Assembly: GCA_037441385.1 (NCBI GenBank)
Contig: JBBISH010000001.1
Location: 71,190-135,189, forward strand
Length of the DNA: 64,000 bases
Reading direction: 5' to 3'
Origin: Myxococcales bacterium
GTDB taxonomy: Bacteria > Myxococcota_A > UBA9042
Shown here: positions 56,774-64,000 of the stretch, one piece after another
Layout of the letters: each line of letters starts with the position of its first letter
How positions within the stretch are numbered: the first letter of the stretch is position 1
The notes under the pieces: generated by a model
What the model saw: the letters and a program-made list of their open reading frames with translations, nothing else
What the model was told of the DNA's origin: nothing
Database searches by the model: none
Position numbers and translations under genes: made by a program

Positions 56774-57486
56774 ATCTGGTCCAGGCCGTCCAGGCGCGCC
56801 ACGAGCCACGGTTGCAGCGCCGACAGCACCGCCATCGGGATCTCGTGCTGGCCGTTGAATTCCATCAGCTCACCCTGCCAGCTCGCCTGTTGCAGCAGCG
56901 TGTGCAGAGCCCGCGCTCCCGCCACCGGCAGCAGCGGATCGTGGCGACCATGGCTCTGGAAATAGGGGAACTGAGGCTTGGAAGCGGCCAACCGCGCCCA
57001 ACCGTCGCGATCGATCAGCGTGCCCGACAGGATCACCAGACCGCACGGCGCCACCGGCGAGTGCAGCGTCCAATCCGTCGCCACCATCGCGCCCTGCGAA
57101 AAACCGCCGATCACCACCCGCGCCGGATCGGCGCCGAATTCGCGCAGCATGGCTGCGACCTGCTGGCGACTGCTCTCTAGCGCTGGCGGGCGGCTGCCAC
57201 TCAAGTCCGCGCCGCGCCCCGAGATCATCGCCAATTCTAGCGCCACCATGTCGATTGGGAACCAGGCGCGCCCGGTCATGTGCGGTCCGATCGGCACCTC
57301 GAGCGGCGCGTTGGGCACCAACCACGTGGGCCGCTGTGGGAGCGGCAGAGCCTGCGCCAAGGGCGCCAAATCCCAAGCATCCGCGCCGTAGCCATGCAGC
57401 AGCACCAACACAGGCGCGCCAGGGTCGCCGGGCACGACCAGGGTTTCTAGCCCTCCAAGTTGGCGAATTTGGGGCGAGTGTGACAT
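56770..57486 (-). CDS. Alpha/beta hydrolase (phospholipase/carboxylesterase family)
   Basis: VLVLLHGYGAD. Nucleophile elbow GFSQGA. ATG 57486. Convergent stop overlap with the giant gene. Confidence 0.7.
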   Translation of the reverse strand: MSHSPQIRQLGGLETLVVPGDPGAPVLVLLHGYGADAWDLAPLAQALPLPQRPTWLVPNAPLEVPIGPHMTGRAWFPIDMVALELAMISGRGADLSGSRPPALESSRQQVAAMLREFGADPARVVIGGFSQGAMVATDWTLHSPVAPCGLVILSGTLIDRDGWARLAASKPQFPYFQSHGRHDPLLPVAGARALHTLLQQASWQGELMEFNGQHEIPMAVLSALQPWLVARLDGLDQI

Positions 57487-57681
57487 GTACGCTCCAGGCG
57501 ACGGGCCAGAAGGGGGCCCCACCGGCGGCGAATTGGGCACCGCCAGCGCAGCCGCGTCAATGGCGACCTGTGGCAGGCCCCGCCCCACCGACGCGAAATC
57601 GTGCTATCTTGTCGCGCCCGCGACCGGCACGGCCCGCGCGGGTCCCCCGGAAATGGAATGTGTCAAACGCCAGGAAACGGA

Positions 57682-59778
57682 ATGACTAAGCGCTTTTACG
57701 TCACAACCCCGATCTACTACGTCAACGACAGGCCGCACATCGGCCACGCGTACTGCACCGTGTTGGCCGACGCGGCGGCGCGCTGGCACCGGCTGCTGGG
57801 CTACCAGAGCTACTTCCTGACCGGCACGGACGAGCACGGTCAAAAAGTTCAAGAAGCCGCACAGAAACGCGGCATTTCGCCACAAGCGCATTGCGACGAG
57901 ATGCATTTGGCCTTCAAGTCGTTGTGGCCACAGCTCAAATGTGAGCCCAATCAGTTCATCCGCACCACTGAACCGCGCCACAAAGCGGTGGTCCAGGCGG
58001 CGCTGCAGAAATTGTTCGACGCCGGGCTCATCGTTTCGCGCGAGTTCGAGGGCTGGTACTGCACCCCCGAAGAGCGCTTTTGGACCGAGAAAGAGCTGGC
58101 GGGCGACGCCTGCCCCAGCTGTGGCCGGCCGGTCACGCGCTTGGCCGAGAAGAACTACTTCTTCTTGATGAGCCGCTACCAGGATCGCCTTCGCGATGCA
58201 CTTAACTCTGGACGAATCAAGGTTTATCCGGCCAATCGCGCCAACGAGGTTCTTGGTTTCTTGGACAAGCCTTTGCAGGACCTGTGCATTTCGCGTCCCA
58301 AGTCGCGGCTGGCGTGGGGCATCGAGCTGCCGTTCGATCGCGATTTTGTCACCTATGTATGGTTCGATGCGTTGCTCAACTACGCTTCTGGCATCGGCTT
58401 TCTGGGTGCCGCGCCGCCGGCGGATGCGCAGTTCCCGGATCCCGCGATGGGCGCCGAACAGAACTTTGGCCAGTGGTGGCCCAACGTGGCGCACTTCTTG
58501 GGCAAGGACATCCTGACCACCCACGCCGTCTACTGGCCGACGATGCTGATGGGCTTGGAAGAGGCGCTGGGTCTGCCGCAGAACTCGTTGGTTCCAGGTC
58601 GCTTTGTCGTGACCGGTTGGTGGCTGATCGACAACGCCAAGATGTCGAAATCGGTGGGCAATGTGGTCAGCCCGTTGGGCATGAAAGACAAGTACGGGCC
58701 CGAGGTGCTGCGCTATTTCTTGCTGCGTGAAATGGCGGTGGGACAAGACGCCAATTTCTCGGAAGAGGCGGTGCTGCGGCGCAACAACGCCGACCTGGCG
58801 AACGATCTGGGCAACTTGCTGCAACGTGTCTCGGCGCTGGCGGGCAAGAACTGGGCGGGCAAAGTGCCCGCGCCGTGTGATCTGCAGAGTCCCAGCGCCG
58901 AGCTGGCGATGGGCCTGGCAAATCGCCTGCTGGGCCGCAACCTGAACCTGGCCGCGTTGAGCGAGGCCAACCGTAACAGCGTGGCGCAGGTCGATCCGAT
59001 CGCCGAGTCGGTGGCGCAGTTCAAGCTGCACAAGGCGCTGGCCGACACGATGATGCTGGTCGGGGCGCTGAACAGCATGATTTCGCTGGACAAACCCTTC
59101 TCACTGGTCAAGACTGACCCAGCGCTGTCGGGCGGCATCGTCTACGCGGTGCTGGAGGGCCTGCGCATCGTGGCGCACTTGGTCGAGCCGGCCATGCCCG
59201 ACACGGCGCGCGAAATCCTCAAGCGAATCGGCTGGACAGGCGGCCTGCTCACCTTGGACGAGCTGCGTTGGGGTCAGCTGCCGGCGGGGGCCGACTTGGT
59301 CGAGGGCCCGTCGCTGTTCCCCAAGCGCGAGCTGGAAGTCGCGGCGCCCGAGCCCAAGGCCGAGGCAAAGCCGCAAGCGCCGGACCAGGGCCAGCCAGTA
59401 GTTCATGTGCCGGCAGCGACAGCGGAATTCAAGGTGGCCGACATCAAACCCGAAGTGACCATCGATCAGTTTGGGGCGGCAGACTTGCGCATCGGGCGCG
59501 TGCAGATGTGTGAAAAAGTGCCCAAGTCGACCAAGCTGCTGCGCCTAGAGGTCGACATCGGCGAGGCCACGCCGCGGCAGATCCTGTCGGGCATTGCGGA
59601 GTCATTTGCGCCCGAAGACCTGCTGGGCAAAGAGATTTTGCTCATCGCCAACCTGCCGCCGCGCAAGATGATGGGCCTAGAGAGCCACGGCATGGTCCTG
59701 GTCGCGGACGACGGCCAAGGCAAACGCGTGCTCATGCGCCCCGAGCGCGACGTCCCCACGGGCGCCACAGTGCAGTAG
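57682..59778 (+). CDS. metG: Methionine--tRNA ligase with C-terminal EMAP-II-like tRNA-binding domain
   Basis: HIGH motif PHIGHAY. KMSKS motif. C-terminal OB-fold (LRIGRVQMCEKVPKSTKLLRLEVDIG). Confidence 0.9.
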   Translation: MTKRFYVTTPIYYVNDRPHIGHAYCTVLADAAARWHRLLGYQSYFLTGTDEHGQKVQEAAQKRGISPQAHCDEMHLAFKSLWPQLKCEPNQFIRTTEPRHKAVVQAALQKLFDAGLIVSREFEGWYCTPEERFWTEKELAGDACPSCGRPVTRLAEKNYFFLMSRYQDRLRDALNSGRIKVYPANRANEVLGFLDKPLQDLCISRPKSRLAWGIELPFDRDFVTYVWFDALLNYASGIGFLGAAPPADAQFPDPAMGAEQNFGQWWPNVAHFLGKDILTTHAVYWPTMLMGLEEALGLPQNSLVPGRFVVTGWWLIDNAKMSKSVGNVVSPLGMKDKYGPEVLRYFLLREMAVGQDANFSEEAVLRRNNADLANDLGNLLQRVSALAGKNWAGKVPAPCDLQSPSAELAMGLANRLLGRNLNLAALSEANRNSVAQVDPIAESVAQFKLHKALADTMMLVGALNSMISLDKPFSLVKTDPALSGGIVYAVLEGLRIVAHLVEPAMPDTAREILKRIGWTGGLLTLDELRWGQLPAGADLVEGPSLFPKRELEVAAPEPKAEAKPQAPDQGQPVVHVPAATAEFKVADIKPEVTIDQFGAADLRIGRVQMCEKVPKSTKLLRLEVDIGEATPRQILSGIAESFAPEDLLGKEILLIANLPPRKMMGLESHGMVLVADDGQGKRVLMRPERDVPTGATVQ

Positions 59779-59807
59779 CGGCAACCTGCACGGCTATGGA
59801 GGAATTC

Positions 59808-60341
59808 ATGAGCAGTCCCATCCGCATCGGCGTCGTCACCGTCAGCGACCGCGCCAGCCAAGGCATCTACACGGACCTGAGCGGCCCGGCCATCGCCGAG
59901 TGGCTGCGATGGGCCCTGACGTGTGAGTACGAACTCATCCAGCGCCTGGTGCCCGACGAGCAGGACCGCATCGAGGCGACCCTGACCGAACTGACGGACC
60001 TGGAAGGTTGCTGCTTGGTGGTGACCACGGGCGGCACCGGGCCCGCGCCCCGCGATGTCACGCCCGAGGCGACGCTGGCGGTGATCGACCGGGAATTGCC
60101 CGGCTTTGGCGAGCTGATGCGGGCGGCTTCGCTGAAATTCGTGCCCACCGCGATCTTGTCGCGCCAGCTGGCGGGCACCCGTGGTTCGTCGCTGATCGTC
60201 AACCTGCCCGGCAAACCCAAGGCCATCGCCGAGTGCCTGCAGGCCGTGATGCCGGCCATCCCGTATTGCGTCGACCTCATTGGCGGGCCGTTCTTGATCA
60301 CCGACCCCGAGCGAGTGGCTGCCTTTCGGCCGAAATCGTAG
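59808..60341 (+). CDS. Molybdopterin adenylyltransferase / MoaB-Mog family protein
   Basis: MoCF_biosynth fold. VVTTGGTGPAPRD motif. ATG 59808 with a GGAGG RBS (alternative start 59796). Confidence 0.75.
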   Translation: MSSPIRIGVVTVSDRASQGIYTDLSGPAIAEWLRWALTCEYELIQRLVPDEQDRIEATLTELTDLEGCCLVVTTGGTGPAPRDVTPEATLAVIDRELPGFGELMRAASLKFVPTAILSRQLAGTRGSSLIVNLPGKPKAIAECLQAVMPAIPYCVDLIGGPFLITDPERVAAFRPKS

Positions 60342-60371
60342 TTCAATCTTGTCTCTTCAAGGAGTTATGCG

Positions 60372-61241
60372 ATGACGCCAGCGCGCTTTCCCGTGCACTA
60401 CGTCACAGTCATCGGCGCCGGCACCATGGGCCACGGCATCGCCCACGTGACGGCGGCGGCGGGTCTGAGCGTCGTCTTGTGCGACATCTCGGCCGCGGCG
60501 GTAGAGGCCGGACTGGGCAAGATTCGCGACAACCTGGACCGCGCGGTGGCGCGCGGCAAGCTGACCGAGGCCGAACGCGACGCCACGCTTGCGCATCTGC
60601 AGGGCAGCGATGACCTGCAAGCCGCTGTCGCACAAGCTGACCTGGTGATCGAGGCCGTGCCCGAGGTCCTGGACCTGAAGCTCAAGGTGCTGGACACCGT
60701 GGCCGCGGCCGCGCCCGAGCGGGCGGTGGTGGCCACCAATACCAGTTCGATTCCGCTGGCGCGCCTGAGTCAGGCACTGCGCTGCCCCAACCAGTTCATC
60801 GGCCTGCACTTCTTCAATCCGGTGCACCTGCAGCCCCTGCTCGAGATCGTGCGCTCGGACGGGACCGACGACGAAACCCTGGACCTCGCCCTGGATTTTG
60901 CCCAGCACATCGGCAAGGAGCCGATCGTCGTGCGCGACGTGGCCGGCTTCGCTTCCAGCCGCCTGGGCATCACCCTGGGTCTAGAGGCGATTCGGATGGT
61001 GCAAGAGGGTGTAGCCACCCCAGCCGACATCGACAAAGCCATGGAGCTGGGGTATCGCCACCCCATGGGGCCCCTGAAGCTGACCGACTTGGTGGGCCTG
61101 GATGTGCGCCTGGCGATTGCCGAAACGCTGTCGCGCGAGATCGACCCGGTGCGGTTTGCGCCGCCGCAGCTGCTGCGCGACATGGTGGCGCAGGGCAAGC
61201 TGGGCAAGAAGTCGGGCCACGGATTCTACGACTACGAATAG
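60372..61241 (+). CDS. hbd: 3-hydroxybutyryl-CoA dehydrogenase (3-hydroxyacyl-CoA dehydrogenase family)
   Basis: Rossmann VTVIGAGTMGHGIA. HFFNP motif. C-terminal dimerisation domain. AAGGAG RBS. Confidence 0.85.
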   Translation: MTPARFPVHYVTVIGAGTMGHGIAHVTAAAGLSVVLCDISAAAVEAGLGKIRDNLDRAVARGKLTEAERDATLAHLQGSDDLQAAVAQADLVIEAVPEVLDLKLKVLDTVAAAAPERAVVATNTSSIPLARLSQALRCPNQFIGLHFFNPVHLQPLLEIVRSDGTDDETLDLALDFAQHIGKEPIVVRDVAGFASSRLGITLGLEAIRMVQEGVATPADIDKAMELGYRHPMGPLKLTDLVGLDVRLAIAETLSREIDPVRFAPPQLLRDMVAQGKLGKKSGHGFYDYE

Positions 61242-61262
61242 CCGACGGGCGCAGGGGGTACC

Positions 61263-61997
61263 ATGTCCGAATCCGCAACCGCCGCGGCCGAGCGCGCCTA
61301 CGTGCAAAAGGCCACCGCCAAAGACGGCGAGGCCTTTCAGGATTTCTTGCGGCACAAGGGCTTTGTTGACCCGTCTTTTGTCCAAACCTGGGGCGCCGTC
61401 ACCGAAGTGCTGAATCAGAAGCCGTTTGGTCCGCGCATCCTGGACTTGGGCTGCGGACCCGGGTGGACGTCGCTGTTCTTGGCCGCGCGCGGCTTGGACG
61501 TCACGGCCGCGGACCTTTCGCCCGACATGCTGGCGATCGCGGTCGACAACGCCAAGCGCCACGGGGTGATGCTGCGCACGGCCGAGGCCGATATGCAGGC
61601 CGGCTTTGATCTGGGCCACGACTTTGACGGCGTGCTGATCTTTGACGCGCTGCATCACTGCCAAGACGAAGCAGCCGTCTTGCGGCACTGTTTTCAGGCC
61701 TTGCGCCCAGGCGGCAGCATCCTGCTGGTTGAGCCAGACTGGTTCCACGAGTTTGGCGGCTCGGCGCGCCACGATCGCCGCGAATTCGGGACCACCGAGC
61801 GCGGCATGGGCTGGGGGCGCATGTCGCGGGCGTTGCGGGCCGCCGGCTTCGACGACCTGCAACGGTTCTACAGCCTGCAAGGCACCTTTGCGCGCTCGCC
61901 GTGGCAGCGTCTGCGTTCGCTAGCGGTGGCGGCTCTGACGGTGACCGTCGGCTTCCCGCATCGCAGCGTCATCGGCTACGCCCGCAAGCCGGGCTGA
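61263..61997 (+). CDS. Class I SAM-dependent methyltransferase (Methyltransf_11/25-like)
   Basis: ILDLGCGPGW motif I. DLSPDML. VLIFDALHH. Confidence 0.75.
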   Translation: MSESATAAAERAYVQKATAKDGEAFQDFLRHKGFVDPSFVQTWGAVTEVLNQKPFGPRILDLGCGPGWTSLFLAARGLDVTAADLSPDMLAIAVDNAKRHGVMLRTAEADMQAGFDLGHDFDGVLIFDALHHCQDEAAVLRHCFQALRPGGSILLVEPDWFHEFGGSARHDRREFGTTERGMGWGRMSRALRAAGFDDLQRFYSLQGTFARSPWQRLRSLAVAALTVTVGFPHRSVIGYARKPG

Positions 61998-62065
61998 TCG
62001 CGTCGGCCAACCTCGACGAACTCCGCGACAACTCGTAGCATGGCCGGTGGAGGCTCCGCATCCAC

Positions 62066-64000
62066 ATGGTCGAGCACACTCCCATGGCCGCCGCAGACCA
62101 ATCCCGTCATCGGGGTGGACTTCGGTTGTGGTGGGTTGCCGTTGCACTGCTTGCCTCTGGCGCCACCCTGCCCGCTTGCCGCGACGAAGCGCCGGCCGCA
62201 ACCCTGACCGTGGGCGATCCGGCCGGCAACGGCGCAGATGGCCAGCTCGCCGCCGATGCGATAGAGCGCACCGACAGGCAGGGCAGCGACAACGGCGCTG
62301 CGCCCGAAGACACGAGCCCGGACACCGCACAGCCGGGAACGGATGCCGAGCCAGCGGCCGACGCCGCGGAATGGGACGATGGGCCCGCAGATGGGCCCGC
62401 AGAGGACGGGCAGACCCAAGATGGCGTGCCCGCCGACGGTTCGCCAGACGACGGCGGGCCAGACGACACGACCGCCGAGGTAGTCCAGACGGACGCAGGG
62501 CAAGTGGACACCCAACCCTTTGACACCGCGCCCGATACCGCCGACGTGCCGCCCAGCGGCTGCAAAACCGACGCGGACTGCAACGACAACAACGTCTGCA
62601 CCGCCGATACCTGCCTGGTCAGCGGCAGTTGCACGTGGCTGGCCACGCCCGGCCCCTGCAGCGATGGCAACGCCTGCACGCTGGGCGAAAAATGCCAGGC
62701 TGGCAAGTGCAGCGGCGGCGTGGCCCAAGACGACCAGACCGCGTGCGGCGACGGCAACGTCTGCACAGTAGAAACCTGCGACGCGGCAAGCGGTTGCGTG
62801 AGTGTCGCGGCGGCGGGTCCGTGCAGCGACGGCAACGGTTGCACCGCGGGCGACACCTGCGCCAACGGTGCGTGCGTGGCTGGACCGCTCACCGTCTGCG
62901 ACGACGCCAACCCTTGCACATCCGACAGTTGTGACCCCTCTAGCGGCGGCTGCGTCAGTCAGGTCCAAGTCGCGACCTGCAGTGACGGCAACCCGTGCAC
63001 CATCGGCGATGTGTGCCAGGGCGTGGCCTGCCTGCCCGGACCAGCCAAATCGTGCGACGACGGCAACCTCTGCACCGGCGACGCGTGCAATCCGCAAACT
63101 GGCGCCTGCGCCAACAGCCCAACCTCTGGGGTATGCGACGACGGCGATGCTTGCACTACCGGCGACGTCTGCGCCAGCGGCAACTGCAAAGGCGGGACGG
63201 TCAAGTTGTGCGACGACGGCAACCCCTGCACCGCCGACAGCTGCAAAGGCGGCGTGTGTCTGGCCACCGTGCTCGCCGACGGCAGTACCTGTGGTGCGCA
63301 AATGGTATGCAAAGCGGGCAGTTGCTCGGCACCGGTAGCCACGGCCGCCGCCAGTTGCCAGGCGCTCAAGGGCGTAGGCAGTGGCGTCCAGACCCTCGAC
63401 GTCGACGGCGCGGGCCCAGTGGCGCCCGTCCAGACCTACTGCGAGATGAGCCTATCGGGCGGCGGTTGGACATTGTTGGCGGTCGTCAGCGACGACAGCG
63501 TGTCCACATTCACCATGAATACCAAGGATTTGTGGGGCAACAGCTCAGCTCAGGTGGGATCGGTGGCCGCGCTGAACAAGGACTTCCGCTCGCCCCTGTT
63601 GGCCACGCTGCCGGCCAAAGAGGTGCTTTTCCAACACTCTTCGGGTGTTTGGGCGCAGTACACGTTCGGCGACGGCAAGTCCAGCCTGGGCGCCGCTGTC
63701 GTCAAGGCCGGCGGCCCGGTTTGCTATGGCATGGGCAAAGGCCTGGCGATGACCGCCGGCACGCTGCCCAAAGTGGGCAAACTCTGCGAAACCATGTTGT
63801 ATCTCAACCCAGCCGACCACGACGGCTACCAAGTCTGCTCCATGGACGACACGCCCGAGCACACCTGGGGCCCCGCGTGGAACGTCAACCGCGAGGCCGG
63901 CTGCTTCGACGATCCGGGCTGGGCAGGCAGCCTGGGCCCCGTCGCGAGCGAACCCACCGTCGAAGGCGGCACGGTGCAAGGCCACCCTGTCGGTTTTGGC
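62066..64000 (+). CDS. Cysteine-rich repeat lipoprotein with C-terminal fibrinogen-related-like domain (3' end beyond window)
   Basis: Frame 2 is open to the window end. ATG at 62066 or 62084. Signal ending LPAC. Acidic Pro/Asp linker. Eight or more CSDGNxCTxGDxC modules. Then ...SGVQTLDVDG...VQTYCEMSLSGGGWTLLAVV, which matches the start of fibrinogen C-terminal domains (SGVYxIxPDG...YCDM..GGGWTV). Confidence 0.65.
   Translation, partial: MVEHTPMAAADQSRHRGGLRLWWVAVALLASGATLPACRDEAPAATLTVGDPAGNGADGQLAADAIERTDRQGSDNGAAPEDTSPDTAQPGTDAEPAADAAEWDDGPADGPAEDGQTQDGVPADGSPDDGGPDDTTAEVVQTDAGQVDTQPFDTAPDTADVPPSGCKTDADCNDNNVCTADTCLVSGSCTWLATPGPCSDGNACTLGEKCQAGKCSGGVAQDDQTACGDGNVCTVETCDAASGCVSVAAAGPCSDGNGCTAGDTCANGACVAGPLTVCDDANPCTSDSCDPSSGGCVSQVQVATCSDGNPCTIGDVCQGVACLPGPAKSCDDGNLCTGDACNPQTGACANSPTSGVCDDGDACTTGDVCASGNCKGGTVKLCDDGNPCTADSCKGGVCLATVLADGSTCGAQMVCKAGSCSAPVATAAASCQALKGVGSGVQTLDVDGAGPVAPVQTYCEMSLSGGGWTLLAVVSDDSVSTFTMNTKDLWGNSSAQVGSVAALNKDFRSPLLATLPAKEVLFQHSSGVWAQYTFGDGKSSLGAAVVKAGGPVCYGMGKGLAMTAGTLPKVGKLCETMLYLNPADHDGYQVCSMDDTPEHTWGPAWNVNREAGCFDDPGWAGSLGPVASEPTVEGGTVQGHPVGFG

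Noticed and set aside
62047-62523. 158-aa ORF MEAPHPHGRAHSHGRRR... at the start of the last gene region
   Set aside because: Wrong frame. The adjacent frame (from ATG 62066/62084) translates into a signal peptide plus canonical CSDGNACTxGDxC modules and stays open to the window end. The listed ORF is His/Arg low complexity.

Overview
High-GC (about 68-70% GC) bacterial chromosomal window with dense coding on both strands. Many adjacent genes overlap by 4 nt (ATGA, GTGA or TTGA), which indicates translational coupling. I support about 58 protein-coding features. I found no rRNA, tRNA or CRISPR array, and no transposase, integrase or phage genes. Several large lipoproteins are built from repeated CDDGNxCTxDxC modules (Myxococcus-type cysteine-rich repeats). 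Together with a zinc-ribbon Ser/Thr kinase, a PilZ-like protein and a GroEL with a GGM tail, this points to a Myxococcota-like (delta-proteobacterial) genome. Main blocks are: (1) 511-4434, a two-gene cassette (cysteine-rich repeat lipoprotein plus SAM O-methyltransferase) bracketed by a near-perfect 43-45 bp inverted repeat, with a 40-bp tandem repeat in its leader. (2) 4726-17065, a second cysteine-rich lipoprotein, an S9 peptidase, an Smr-like protein, a DUF4407-like membrane coiled-coil protein, an extensin-like protein, a coupled FAH hydrolase / DEDDh exonuclease / GH31 glycosidase / RluB-type pseudouridine synthase string, and a lone class-III-like PHA synthase (PhaC). (3) 17779-22552, a SprT/DUF2786 protein, speD, a DUF4920 lipoprotein and a Ser/Thr kinase. 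(4) 22571-32665, a run of unknown secreted proteins and lipoproteins coupled to a FadL-family outer-membrane channel, a PilZ-like protein and a PhoB/PhoR-like two-component pair. (5) 32672-44245, a complete caa3-type cytochrome c oxidase operon on the minus strand: polyacidic protein, CtaB, CoxB-cyt c, CoxA, CoxC, CoxIV-cyt c fusion, CtaG, Cu lipoprotein, di-haem peroxidase, Sco1 and Surf1. (6) 44610-51211, a secreted caspase-like (C14) protease, groES-groEL and RidA. (7) 51302-64000, a 1823-aa cysteine-rich repeat giant protein, an alpha/beta hydrolase, metG, mog/moaB-like, 3-hydroxybutyryl-CoA dehydrogenase, a methyltransferase, and a 3'-truncated cysteine-rich repeat protein ending in a fibrinogen-like domain. 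Several intergenic tandem repeats and palindromes are listed separately. Long GC-driven antisense ORFs in the six-frame track were rejected.
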